Source: Erysipelotrichaceae bacterium (lineage in GTDB: Bacteria; Bacillota_I; Bacilli_A; RFN20; CAG-449). From it: DNA of 64,000 nt. Where the stretch lies: assembly GCA_015059095.1 (NCBI GenBank), contig SVBA01000003.1, forward strand, positions 38,549 to 102,548, given 5' to 3'. The position numbers and the translations under genes are program-made. Shown here one piece after another: positions 39,416 to 49,665 of the stretch (its first letter is position 1; each line of letters opens with the position of its first letter). The notes beneath the pieces were generated by a model. That model did not search any database. It saw nothing but the letters and a program-made list of their open reading frames with translations, and had not been told where the DNA came from.

Positions 39416-42121
39416 TTACTTGTCTAATAGTCCTTTATCTTTATTTCTAATAATATTAATTGGTTTTAATCTTTTAAGAATGGAAATAATTGAAGTAGAA
39501 GTAATTAATGTAATAACTGCAATTATTCCATTAATAATAATCATCGGTTGTAATTTAAATTCAATAATAACCATATTTTGAATTAAATTTGTATTTAAAT
39601 ATCTCATTAAACTCTCTATTAAAAGCATATTAATCAAATCATCGAATAGGATCATTCCAATCGAAGATACAATTCCTATTATAATAACCATTGTTAAAGT
39701 CTGAACAAAGAATATTTGATATACATGCTTATTCTTTCCACCAATTGCCCTAAAAATGCCAATATCTAATTGTTTACGTTTTACATTTTTTCTACTGTAA
39801 CTAGTCATTAAAAACCCTGCGATTAATGCTAATCCTACAACGATAATAATAAATAGTTCATTAAAAATAACTACCATATCTAATATTTTATAGATAGTAT
39901 CATAGTATTTATTATTAGAATAAAATACATTAAATTTATCATCATTTGGATTATAAATAGATGTAATACTGTCAATATTATCAAAATATAAAGCACTAGG
40001 ATACAAAAATAAATCATATAATTTTTTATGTTCTTCTTCATCGATATAAATATAATCTTCACTATAATCTGTAAATGACAAACCGACTATTTTATATGTT
40101 TTTTGAATCATTACTTTTTCTTTATATTCATCTAAATGATCATAAATATTAATAACTATATTTTGCTCCTTAAATTCCGATTGATCAGCTTTAGAAATAT
40201 TTGTTCCAAAAATCCTATTATAAGTTTTAAATGGTAATATAGTTTCTCCTTTATTTACTTGATAATCATTTCTTTCACTAGCCAATCTAAATTGTTCATC
40301 TTCTAGAACAATTTCTTTTCCATTTTTTATTAGACGATAGTTAGTTAACAATATTGCATGATGATTATTTTCTTGATCCTTATTAATCGCATCATAATAA
40401 CTATCTTCTCCAATATAATAACCTATTGATAAATATTGATTAATTTCATTATCGAATCTAACATAATCATCAGTTAATTTCATTTTTCTAATTTCTTCGT
40501 TTTTTTGAGATTTATTAGTTATTTTTCGAATTTCATTATATTTACTAATTAAATCCGCATATCTTTCTTCATAATTAGTATTGATAATAGCCTTAACTTG
40601 ATATCGATTATTAAATGTTGGTTTATCAATAATATTTTGATAAGTTTCTTCTCTATTTTCTCCTTTTATTTTTAAAAAGTTTTTTTCTAAGCAATGAGCA
40701 GCGTAATCAGTAATAATAATAGATCCATTATCTTTAAAAGAAGGATCTAACGAACCTGCTAAAACATCTATTTTTCCATCAATACCATATTTATTTAACA
40801 AAAATTCCTCATCACAATCTAAAACACCTCGTCCTTGATAAGTATAAAAATATGTCGAAAGTATATTTGTATAAATTTTATTTTTACAGCTATTTCCATG
40901 ATAATAGGATGAATGAAATGGTAAGAATTTATTGTACAATTTATAAACTTTACCTTTATATCCCTTTTCATAAAAGTCATCAATTTCTTCATCAGTAATT
41001 TCTATACTATCTGTTTTTGTTAACACAGGATAAATATCGTTACTATAATATCCCTTATTTAAAACATAATAACTATCTTTGTTAAATTCTTTAGCATCAT
41101 CTAACATAAAATCACCGTTAAAAGAAGAAAATATTTGACAAATAGATAGTAAAATTACAATAAAAGACATCATTAAAGAAGTTATTAAGGTGTGAGATTT
41201 ATTCCCTTTTTTAAACTTACTTGATAATTTTAAAATGTTAAAAAATCCCATCCTTTTAGATTTGATTTTAACTTTTTCATTTCTATCAATTATTCTTTTT
41301 GTCTTAGTAAAAGAATCAGATTGTTGATTGAGTTTATATTTTCCAGTTTTTAATGCATTATTAACAATAATTTGTTCTTCATGATTTAATTTTCGATTAT
41401 ATGGAATATTAATAATATTTCCACTAATTAATTGAGTTTCTTCTTCACTCTTTCTTTCAACATCTCGAATTACTCTTCCATCACTAAGTTCAATAATTCG
41501 ATCAGCATAAAATTGAGCATCTTCATCATTATGTGAGACAATAACTACTAATGTTTCTTTAGAAATTCTTTTTAATACTTTTAAAATATTACGAGAGATT
41601 TTACTATCCAAATTACCCGTAGGTTCATCTGCTAAAATTAATTTAGGTTTTTTAACAATCGCTCTAGCAATCGCTACTCGTTGTTGTTGACCTCCACTTA
41701 ATTCTCTAGGATATCTATTCTCATAACCATCTAATTCAACAATTTCTAAAACTTCCTTTATTCTTTTTTTAGTATTTCTAATTCCTTGAAGATCAAGAGC
41801 TAACTTAATATTTTCCTTAATTGTTAAGCTTTCAATAAGATGATAATCTTGGAAAATAAATCCAAGATAATTGTTCCTATAATTATCTAAATCATTTTCA
41901 CTAAAAGAAGAAAAATCATTACCATCAATAATAATATTTCCTCCACTAGATGTATCAAGCCCACCTAAAATATTTAACAAAGTAGATTTACCACTACCAG
42001 ATTTACCAACTACAAATACCATTCCTTTTGAAGGCAAAGTAAAAGTGACGTGATATAACCCTACAGAACTAGAACTCTTATCTGGATTATAAATTTTTCT
42101 TAAGTTTTCTACTTTTATCAT
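39416..42121 (-). CDS. MacB/FtsX-type fused ABC ATPase-permease (paralog of the neighbour)
   Basis: Same motifs; DIGIFRAIG; shared GRGVLDCD, ITDY and ALYFD blocks. Confidence 0.9.
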   Translation of the reverse strand: MIKVENLRKIYNPDKSSSSVGLYHVTFTLPSKGMVFVVGKSGSGKSTLLNILGGLDTSSGGNIIIDGNDFSSFSENDLDNYRNNYLGFIFQDYHLIESLTIKENIKLALDLQGIRNTKKRIKEVLEIVELDGYENRYPRELSGGQQQRVAIARAIVKKPKLILADEPTGNLDSKISRNILKVLKRISKETLVVIVSHNDEDAQFYADRIIELSDGRVIRDVERKSEEETQLISGNIINIPYNRKLNHEEQIIVNNALKTGKYKLNQQSDSFTKTKRIIDRNEKVKIKSKRMGFFNILKLSSKFKKGNKSHTLITSLMMSFIVILLSICQIFSSFNGDFMLDDAKEFNKDSYYVLNKGYYSNDIYPVLTKTDSIEITDEEIDDFYEKGYKGKVYKLYNKFLPFHSSYYHGNSCKNKIYTNILSTYFYTYQGRGVLDCDEEFLLNKYGIDGKIDVLAGSLDPSFKDNGSIIITDYAAHCLEKNFLKIKGENREETYQNIIDKPTFNNRYQVKAIINTNYEERYADLISKYNEIRKITNKSQKNEEIRKMKLTDDYVRFDNEINQYLSIGYYIGEDSYYDAINKDQENNHHAILLTNYRLIKNGKEIVLEDEQFRLASERNDYQVNKGETILPFKTYNRIFGTNISKADQSEFKEQNIVINIYDHLDEYKEKVMIQKTYKIVGLSFTDYSEDYIYIDEEEHKKLYDLFLYPSALYFDNIDSITSIYNPNDDKFNVFYSNNKYYDTIYKILDMVVIFNELFIIIVVGLALIAGFLMTSYSRKNVKRKQLDIGIFRAIGGKNKHVYQIFFVQTLTMVIIIGIVSSIGMILFDDLINMLLIESLMRYLNTNLIQNMVIIEFKLQPMIIINGIIAVITLITSTSIISILKRLKPINIIRNKDKGLLDK

Positions 42122-42171
42122 CTATTTGTCACCTTAATATAATTATATTTTATCTATTATATAGGTGCAAG

Positions 42172-42200
42172 AAAAAATCCTCTTTTAAAAGAGGATTTTT
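42172..42200 (-). terminator. Terminator after gmk-priA-hypothetical
   Basis: AAAAATCCTCTTTT/AAAAGAGGATTTTT palindrome. Confidence 0.7.
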
Positions 42201-42212
42201 AGAACTAATTAT

Positions 42213-42704
42213 TTATTTTCTTTTGAAAAAATCATTTAATGTAACTGGTTTTTCATCTTCATCTTCTAAATCTTCAAAGACATTACCAGTATATAATTCT
42301 TCTTCACTATAATCATTATCTTCATCATATTCTGAATCATCAACTTCTACTTCTTGATTATCAATAATATATTCAGGATAATCTTTATTAATTCTTTCAT
42401 AGTAGTGACCAGCTTCATAATAAGAGAAAAGAATTCTTACATGAACCGAATAATTTTTACTTGCTTCCATTAAAATCGAAGCAACTGTTTCTTCACTATC
42501 AATATAATCTTCAGGAGCATCTACTTTAATTAATAAATTGAATGAAGTTTGTTCACTTCCTTTATAGAAAAGAAAAGAATCTGAAGCTTGAAAAATTACA
42601 TCTTCATCATCAATACCATATGCACTAGCAATACGAGAATGGATTTCTTTATTTAGTTCACCTACTAAAAATATATCTAAACCACTAAAATTTACAATTA
42701 CCAT
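42213..42704 (-). CDS. Hypothetical protein, tautomerase/DUF1904-like N-terminus with acidic tail
   Basis: RBS GGAGG; fold similarity tentative; C-terminal D/E-rich tract. Confidence 0.6.
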   Translation of the reverse strand: MVIVNFSGLDIFLVGELNKEIHSRIASAYGIDDEDVIFQASDSFLFYKGSEQTSFNLLIKVDAPEDYIDSEETVASILMEASKNYSVHVRILFSYYEAGHYYERINKDYPEYIIDNQEVEVDDSEYDEDNDYSEEELYTGNVFEDLEDEDEKPVTLNDFFKRK

Positions 42705-42713
42705 AATTTCCTC

Positions 42714-44912
42714 CTAATAATCATCCATTGGATCGACATTAATTATAACATCAATTGAACTACTTTTATTAACATTTTCTTTAATTTCTTTTAAAACTGG
42801 ACTAATATCATTATAGTTTTTGTATTTCAAAAGAATTTTTCTTCTATACTTATCATTAACTCTCACTAAAAATGGTTCACTAGGACCAATTACCTCTACT
42901 TTTTTAGAAGCAAATTTTGCAATCAATAAATCTTTGAAGTAATAAGATTTATCTATTACTTCTTTTTCATTATTAGAAGCAAAAGTAATCATTGTTAAAT
43001 AAGTATATGGTGGATTTTGTGCTTCTTTTCTATAAACCATTTCTTCATTAAAGAAGCGATTATAATCTTGAATTGAACTATCATAAATAACATAATGTTT
43101 CGGCATATATGTTTGAATAATCGCTTTACCTCTCTTTTCATGACGACCTGCTCTTCCAATCGCTTGAGTAATTAAATTAAATGTTCTTTCACTCGCCTTA
43201 TATGAAGGAATATTTAATCCTAAATCTGCTAAAACAATACCAACTAATGTAACATTTTTAAAATCATGACCTTTAGCAATCATTTGTGTGCCAATTAATA
43301 TATCAGCCTCTTCATTTTCAAAAGTGGTAATAACTTTTCCTACTGCACTTCTAATAGAGGCTACATCACTATCCAATCTTAAAACTCGACTATTTGGGAA
43401 TAATCTCTTTATTTCTTCTTCTACTTTTTCTGTTCCAAATCCAGTTTTTGTAAACATAGTAGATTGACATTTTGAACAACTAAAAGGCATTTTATCTACT
43501 AATCCACAATGATGGCACTTCAACAAGTTATCTTTCTTATGGTAAGAAAGAGGTAATCCACAAGTAGGACATTTTAATACCTTTCCACATTTTCTACAAG
43601 AAATAAAAGGAGAAAAACCTCTTCTATTTACAAGTAATAATACTTGTTCTTTTTTATCTAATCTTTCTTTAATTTCATGTCTAAGAGATAAAGAAAACAT
43701 ACTTGATTCATTATCAAGATTTTTCCAATCTAACATATCAACAATTTCAGTTTCTGGTAAAGAAGAATCATTAAATCTTTTAGTAAGATAAAGTTGCTTA
43801 TATACTCCTTTAAGTGCTCTAGTTTTAGTTTCCAAACTTGGAGTAGCACTTCCTAAAACAATTTTACAATTTTCATTATATTTTTGACGCATTTTAGCAA
43901 CTTCTAATGCGTGATAAAATGGACTTACATCTTGCTTATATGTTTCAGAATGTTCTTCATCAATAATAATTAAACCAATATTAGTTAAAGGAGCAAATAT
44001 TGCAGATCTAGCACCTATTACTAAATCTACTTCACCTCTAGAAATTCTTCTATATTCATCATATCTTTCTGCTGGAGTTAATTCTCCATGTAATATTGCA
44101 ACATTAGAAAAACAGGCTCTAAATCTTTTAACCATTTGGACTGTTAGTGATATTTCAGGAACTAACATTAATACAGTTTTTCCTTCTTCAATCATCTTCT
44201 TTGAAGATTGGATATAAACTTCAGTTTTTCCACTTCCAGTTACACCTTCTAATAAATAAACTTTATCATTTTGTGTAGTTATTTCTTCCACAGCTTTTCT
44301 TTGCTCAAGAGTCAAATCTTTGTCTTGAATTTGTTCAACATCTTCTAAAACTAGTCGCATCTTTTCTTTTAAAACCAATCTAATTTTTTTCTTTTTAAGA
44401 AGCGTTGGTACTAATGATGATTTAATATCACTTTTCAAAACTAATCCTTCATCTTTAATTTTCAAATATAATTCTAATTGTTTAGGAGTTAAATCATTTG
44501 TATTTTCATCACATACTTCTACATAAGTATCGTATGCAATTTTAGGTTTATTTAAAGATGATAATTTAGGTTTTAAAGAAGGAGGTAACATCGTTTGATA
44601 AACACTAATTAATGGTGAAAAATAATAAGATGCAATATCATTAGACAACATCATTAATTCTTCATTTAATATTGGTTCTTTATCAATGATAGATATAATT
44701 TCTTTAATTTTAAATCCCGTGTTTTCTTCTAATTCTTCTAAAGTGTCATCAGTCTTTTCAATACTGGTTACATATCCAACTACTTTTCTATTATTAAATG
44801 GTACTACCACTCTAACGCCAATTTTAACATCTAAATCACCATTATAAGCATAAGAAAAAGGACGGTCCAAACTATTAGCTGCATACTCAATAATAACTCC
44901 TAATAGTAGCAT
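42714..44912 (-). CDS. priA: Primosomal protein N' (PriA)
   Basis: GVTGSGKTEVY, DEEH, SATPS, four CxxC, GTQMIAKGHDF, GRAGR. Confidence 0.96.
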   Translation of the reverse strand: MLLLGVIIEYAANSLDRPFSYAYNGDLDVKIGVRVVVPFNNRKVVGYVTSIEKTDDTLEELEENTGFKIKEIISIIDKEPILNEELMMLSNDIASYYFSPLISVYQTMLPPSLKPKLSSLNKPKIAYDTYVEVCDENTNDLTPKQLELYLKIKDEGLVLKSDIKSSLVPTLLKKKKIRLVLKEKMRLVLEDVEQIQDKDLTLEQRKAVEEITTQNDKVYLLEGVTGSGKTEVYIQSSKKMIEEGKTVLMLVPEISLTVQMVKRFRACFSNVAILHGELTPAERYDEYRRISRGEVDLVIGARSAIFAPLTNIGLIIIDEEHSETYKQDVSPFYHALEVAKMRQKYNENCKIVLGSATPSLETKTRALKGVYKQLYLTKRFNDSSLPETEIVDMLDWKNLDNESSMFSLSLRHEIKERLDKKEQVLLLVNRRGFSPFISCRKCGKVLKCPTCGLPLSYHKKDNLLKCHHCGLVDKMPFSCSKCQSTMFTKTGFGTEKVEEEIKRLFPNSRVLRLDSDVASIRSAVGKVITTFENEEADILIGTQMIAKGHDFKNVTLVGIVLADLGLNIPSYKASERTFNLITQAIGRAGRHEKRGKAIIQTYMPKHYVIYDSSIQDYNRFFNEEMVYRKEAQNPPYTYLTMITFASNNEKEVIDKSYYFKDLLIAKFASKKVEVIGPSEPFLVRVNDKYRRKILLKYKNYNDISPVLKEIKENVNKSSSIDVIINVDPMDDY

Positions 44913-44929
44913 AAACCCTCCTTTAATAA

Positions 44930-45520
44930 TTAATCTTCAACTTTATTTGCTTTGATTTTTAAATCGATAATTCTAGCGATTTCTTGACTTGATCTATTGA
45001 TATTATCATTAAGGACATTGAATTGATAATTTTTCTTTAGACCCATTTCTCTTTTTGCTTTTCCTAAGCGTTCTTGGATTATTTCTTCAGGTTCTGATCT
45101 TCTACCTCTAATTCTTTTTTCTAATTCTCTTAAAGATGGTGGAAGTAAGAAAATAGAGAGTACACCTTTATCTTCTTTATATTCTTCTAAAACCTTTTTA
45201 GCACCTTCAACTTCAATTTCTAAGAATACATTTTTTCCTTCTTCTCTTAGTTTTTCAACATAAGCTTTAGGAGTACCATAGTAATTTCCTACAAATCTAG
45301 CATATTCTAATAATTCTTCATTTTTGATTGCCTCTTCAAATCTTTCTTCACTTACAAAGAAATAATCTTGTCCATCTACCTCACCTTCTCTAGGTTTACG
45401 AGTAGTCATTGAAATTGAATAAGCTAAATTTAAATCAGTATTTTTAAAAATTTGTTTTCTAACAGTACCTTTACCTACGCCACTTGGACCAGATAAAAGT
45501 ATTAATAATCCTTTTTTCAT
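44930..45520 (-). CDS. gmk: Guanylate kinase
   Basis: SGPSGVGKGTV, TTRKPREGEVDGQDYFF, NYYGTP. Confidence 0.97.
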   Translation of the reverse strand: MKKGLLILLSGPSGVGKGTVRKQIFKNTDLNLAYSISMTTRKPREGEVDGQDYFFVSEERFEEAIKNEELLEYARFVGNYYGTPKAYVEKLREEGKNVFLEIEVEGAKKVLEEYKEDKGVLSIFLLPPSLRELEKRIRGRRSEPEEIIQERLGKAKREMGLKKNYQFNVLNDNINRSSQEIARIIDLKIKANKVED

Positions 45521-45647
45521 AATATCATGTCCTTTAATTTAAATACATTTTACTGATTAACGTCTAAAAAAGCAACATAGAATTAAAAATAATTAATATT
45601 ATTTACTCTTTATGTTATTTTAGTATAAAATAAATGTGGTGATTTTT

Positions 45648-47231
45648 ATGGGAATGTCAAATTTTACTTTAGGAAGAATTATTAATGATTTAACCCCTAG
45701 AATGCTAGGAGCTCGAATCTCTAAAATAGTAAAAATCTCAAATAACGATTTTTCTTTCTTTTTATATGCAAAAAAACAAGAAAGTTTAATTATTTCTTTA
45801 GATAATAATCATCCATATATGTTACTTTCTTCTTCATATTTTAAAATGATTTCAGAAAGTAATGGCTTTGTCGCATCTTTAAAAAAATATTTTGAAGGTG
45901 GAACTATTATAAACTTTGAAAAAATACCAAATGATAAAGTAGTCATTTTTAAAATTAAAAAAATAACTCAAACCTATCAAACTATAATTAACAATTTAAT
46001 TATCGAATTAATCCCATATCGACCAAACGCTATTATTACCGATGAAAATAATATCATCATTGATGCATTAAAAAAAGCTAGTTCATTAGATGAAACTAGA
46101 CCAGTATTTAAAGGAATGAGATATACTCCATATCAAAATGAAATCAAAGAGTTAAATGAAAATGATACCCTAGAATCCATTAAAGAAAAAGTAACTAAAA
46201 CTATTTATAATGAATTTGTTTATCGAATTAATAATAATGAAAATATTAAAGATATTATTTTAGAAAAAAAGAATTCTAACAAATATTATTCATATAAATA
46301 TGATATTCTTTCTTTACCATTAAAATCTGTGGAAGGATGTCAAGAAATTACTTTAGATAAACTATCTTCTCTTTATCAAGAAAAAGAAGAAGAAAAATAT
46401 AAAAAATCTCATTATGAACTTGCTTTACACACAGTATCTCATAAATTAAAAGGCTTAAAAAATAAATTAATTAACCTAGAAAATGACTTAAAAAAGGCAA
46501 AAAATAAAATTAATTATGTAGAAATAGGTAATTTATTATTTATGAATCAAGAATTATATCATAGAGGCATGAAAGAAATCGTTATTGATGGTATTAATAT
46601 CCCACTAGATGATAAATTAGATTTGGTTGGTAATGCTAATAAATATTTTAAACAATATCAAAAATCAAAAACTGCCTTAGAACAAATAAAAATCCAACAA
46701 GATATAACTAAAGAAAAAATTTCTTATTTCGAAAAAATAGATTCACAAATAAAATTTGCTTCAGTAACAGATATGGAAGATATTCTTCTAGAACTAAAAA
46801 AAGATGGATACCTTCCAAAAGAAAAAAATCAAAATAACAAAAAGAATAAACCAAAAGTCTACACTCCTCATTACATTACTTCAAGTGATGGATATAAAAT
46901 CGGATTTGGTATTTCATCTTATCAAAATGAAACTTTAACTTTTGAACTTGCTAGAAAAGATGATTACTTCTTACATATTAAAGATAGTCATGGTCCACAT
47001 GTAATTATCTTCTCTTCTGATCCAAGTAAAGAAGCAATAACTCTTGCCTGTGAAATTGCAGTTTATTTTGCAAATAAATCATCTGGAGAAGTTATTTTAT
47101 TAGATAAAAAAGATGTAAAGAAAGTTCCTGGAAAAATAGGAATGGTAACTTTTTCTTCTCATCAAACAATCAATCTTTCTTCAATTAGAGAAAGTTCAAT
47201 TGAACTTTTTAAAGAAACAATGAAAAAGTAG
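45648..47231 (+). CDS. NFACT family protein (RqcH/FbpA-like)
   Basis: LGARISKI, coiled-coil middle, NANKYFKQYQK, QNETLT, LHIKDSHGPHV. Confidence 0.85.
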   Translation: MGMSNFTLGRIINDLTPRMLGARISKIVKISNNDFSFFLYAKKQESLIISLDNNHPYMLLSSSYFKMISESNGFVASLKKYFEGGTIINFEKIPNDKVVIFKIKKITQTYQTIINNLIIELIPYRPNAIITDENNIIIDALKKASSLDETRPVFKGMRYTPYQNEIKELNENDTLESIKEKVTKTIYNEFVYRINNNENIKDIILEKKNSNKYYSYKYDILSLPLKSVEGCQEITLDKLSSLYQEKEEEKYKKSHYELALHTVSHKLKGLKNKLINLENDLKKAKNKINYVEIGNLLFMNQELYHRGMKEIVIDGINIPLDDKLDLVGNANKYFKQYQKSKTALEQIKIQQDITKEKISYFEKIDSQIKFASVTDMEDILLELKKDGYLPKEKNQNNKKNKPKVYTPHYITSSDGYKIGFGISSYQNETLTFELARKDDYFLHIKDSHGPHVIIFSSDPSKEAITLACEIAVYFANKSSGEVILLDKKDVKKVPGKIGMVTFSSHQTINLSSIRESSIELFKETMKK

Positions 47232-47246
47232 GTCGCCTACTTTTTT
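47224..47246. terminator. Bidirectional terminator
   Basis: AAAAGTAGG-tcg-CCTACTTTT. Confidence 0.7.
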
Positions 47247-47740
47247 TCTTTAATAATATATGCTTCTATTAAATTTTCACAATTAATACTGTATCCTACT
47301 TCATAATCAATTACTATTCCATCATTAATTATTTGTATAACTGGTCTAGATATAAAAACAGTTGAGTTTTTCGCTGAAAAATAGTTGTTTGCTATAGGCT
47401 GATACTTTTGTATTTGATCAATTTTTTTATAATTATTTTCTTTATACACATTTAAACCATATATTATATTTTCACTTTTTTGGATATATGGATTTATTAT
47501 ATTATTTATTAACTTATGACAATAAGAACAATCTAAAGAATAAAAAAAGCAGATAAAACTTTCTTTATTCTCAAACTTAAAAATATATTCTTCAATTTCA
47601 ATTTCTTTAAATTCTTTTAAAGTTGTTTTTTCTACTTCTATAAATGGAGTTAATTTGTCATACTTATTAACTTCTACTACATTACTACAATTAACTAAAC
47701 AAAATAATAATACTACAAGTACAATTATTCTTTTAGTCAT
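47237..47740 (-). CDS. Thioredoxin-fold lipoprotein
   Basis: Lipobox-like LVN-C; YSLDCSYC (CxxC); RP cis-Pro-like motif. Confidence 0.65.
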   Translation of the reverse strand: MTKRIIVLVVLLFCLVNCSNVVEVNKYDKLTPFIEVEKTTLKEFKEIEIEEYIFKFENKESFICFFYSLDCSYCHKLINNIINPYIQKSENIIYGLNVYKENNYKKIDQIQKYQPIANNYFSAKNSTVFISRPVIQIINDGIVIDYEVGYSINCENLIEAYIIKEKK

Positions 47741-48257
47741 CTTTTATCTCACTTTCTAGGAAATCTTCTCCTTTAATTGCTTCAAATGTTGATAAATCAA
47801 AATACTCTTGTTGTCTACATGCTTCATAAGCTACAATTGCAACACTATTTGATAAATTCAAGCTTCTTGCATTCATACTCATTGGGATACGCATTAATTT
47901 ATCTTTGTTCCCTCTTAATAATTCATGAGGTATACCACTAGATTCTTTTCCAAACATAAAATAATAATCCTTTGTAACTTTTGATAAATCAAAACTAGAA
48001 TGAGGTCTTGAAGCATATCTAGTTACATAATATATGTCCGCATCTTCATTCTTTTGATAAAATTCTTCTACACTTTCATATACTTCTAATTCAACATCAT
48101 TAATATAGTCCATCCCTGCTCTTTTTAAAGACTTTTCATCTAAAGAGAAACCAAGAGGCTTAATTAAATGTAATGTTGCATTAATCGCCATACAAGTTCT
48201 AATAATGTTACCTGTATTTTGAGGTATTTCTGGTTGGTAAAGCACAATATGAATCAT
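47733..48257 (-). CDS. trmL: tRNA (cytidine/uridine-34) 2'-O-methyltransferase TrmL
   Basis: PEIPQNTGNI, KRAGMDY, FGKESSG, RSLNLSN. Confidence 0.95.
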   Translation of the reverse strand: MIHIVLYQPEIPQNTGNIIRTCMAINATLHLIKPLGFSLDEKSLKRAGMDYINDVELEVYESVEEFYQKNEDADIYYVTRYASRPHSSFDLSKVTKDYYFMFGKESSGIPHELLRGNKDKLMRIPMSMNARSLNLSNSVAIVAYEACRQQEYFDLSTFEAIKGEDFLESEIKDD

Positions 48258-48333
48258 AATATTTTTTCTCCTTTAAAAAATTATACCATTTTTAATAAAA
48301 AAATATATAATATTTTTATAGGAGTATTATACT

Positions 48334-49158
48334 ATGAAAAATATTATAGAAATATGTAGTAAGAAATTAAATGTTACAGTAAATAAAATTGAATATTATG
48401 AAGGTGGAGTTTCAAATGAGAATTTTTTAATCAATAATAAATATATTTATCGTAGAAAAAAATCATTTCCTCAACCTTTTTATTCTTCCTTTTGTGAAAA
48501 AGAAATTGAAGAATTTATAAAAGACAAAAACATAACTGTTCCATTAGTCTCTATTTTTTCTGATGGAACAAAAATAACTGAATATGTTAATGATGCTACA
48601 GACTTATCACATACACCAATTACTGATGAACTATTAATAAAAATTGCAAAAAAATTAAAACAATTACATTCATATAATTTCAAAGCATCAAATGATTTTG
48701 ATCCTTTTACTAGATTATCATACTATATGGAAAGTAACAAAAATCCATATCGTGAAATAACTGATTTAATTGTTAGTAAAATGAAAAAGTACTATGAAAA
48801 CAATGAGTTAGTTTTGTGCCATAATGATTTAGTACCTGGAAACATATTAGTTGTTAATGATGAAGTCAAAATCATTGATTTCGAATATGCTAGTAATAAC
48901 CATCCATTCTTCGATGTTATTTCATTCTTAAGTGAAAACAATATTACTGATCCTAAGCAAATTGAATTATTTATTAATACATATTATGACAACCAACTTC
49001 CTCCGAATATTAGAGAAATGACAGAAGACTTTTATAACTTCCTAGATCTATTATGGTACAATTGGTCTGTTATGATGTACTATAATTTGCATGAGCCAAT
49101 TTACTATCAAATTTGTAAAACGAAAGCTTTAAGATTATTAAAATTAGTGAAAGAATAG
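48334..49158 (+). CDS. Choline/ethanolamine kinase family phosphotransferase
   Basis: GGVSNEN, CHNDLVPGN, IIDFEYA. Confidence 0.85.
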   Translation: MKNIIEICSKKLNVTVNKIEYYEGGVSNENFLINNKYIYRRKKSFPQPFYSSFCEKEIEEFIKDKNITVPLVSIFSDGTKITEYVNDATDLSHTPITDELLIKIAKKLKQLHSYNFKASNDFDPFTRLSYYMESNKNPYREITDLIVSKMKKYYENNELVLCHNDLVPGNILVVNDEVKIIDFEYASNNHPFFDVISFLSENNITDPKQIELFINTYYDNQLPPNIREMTEDFYNFLDLLWYNWSVMMYYNLHEPIYYQICKTKALRLLKLVKE

Positions 49159-49179
49159 AGGACTAAATGTTCTCTTTTT

Positions 49180-49602
49180 TTATAGTCCGCATTTTTTAAT
49201 ATTCGGTGGATTATAAAAACAATGTCCCTTGTATCGTCCTACAAAATTTCCATAAAAAGAAGATTTACAGCTATTACCTTTTCCAGGAGCATAATAATAT
49301 AAAGCATGAGTTGCTGGATCTGCTCTCCAATAATTAATTGTTCTTAAAGCATATGTTCTTTCTTTTGCATTACTACCACTTTGAAATAAATGAGTATTAA
49401 TACCATCAAACGCGTTTTTAGCGAAAATCACCTCTGTAATTGTTTTTTGTTTTCTAAATTCTTCACATTTTGCAACAACTCTATTTACTACAACGTTACC
49501 AACTAACTGCATTCCAAATACACCTTCACCTACCGCTTCTGAACGCATTAATCTTGCTAATAAAGAAACTTCTGAAGTAGAATATCTGCATCTTAACCCC
49601 AT
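49180..49602 (-). CDS. cwlJ: Spore cortex-lytic enzyme, CwlJ-like (Hydrolase_2)
   Basis: LLARLMRSEAVGEG..GMQLVGNVVVNRV, PATHALYY, GRYKGHCFY; no signal peptide. Confidence 0.85.
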   Translation of the reverse strand: MGLRCRYSTSEVSLLARLMRSEAVGEGVFGMQLVGNVVVNRVVAKCEEFRKQKTITEVIFAKNAFDGINTHLFQSGSNAKERTYALRTINYWRADPATHALYYYAPGKGNSCKSSFYGNFVGRYKGHCFYNPPNIKKCGL

Positions 49603-49665
49603 AATATCACCTATATAAATATATGTAATAAAAATATATTTTTTCACAAAAAAAAGTAGGTTTCC

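Noticed and set aside
49603-49650. sigma-E/K promoter for cwlJ
   Set aside because: Only a CATATATT -10-like element, with no convincing -35 in very AT-rich DNA
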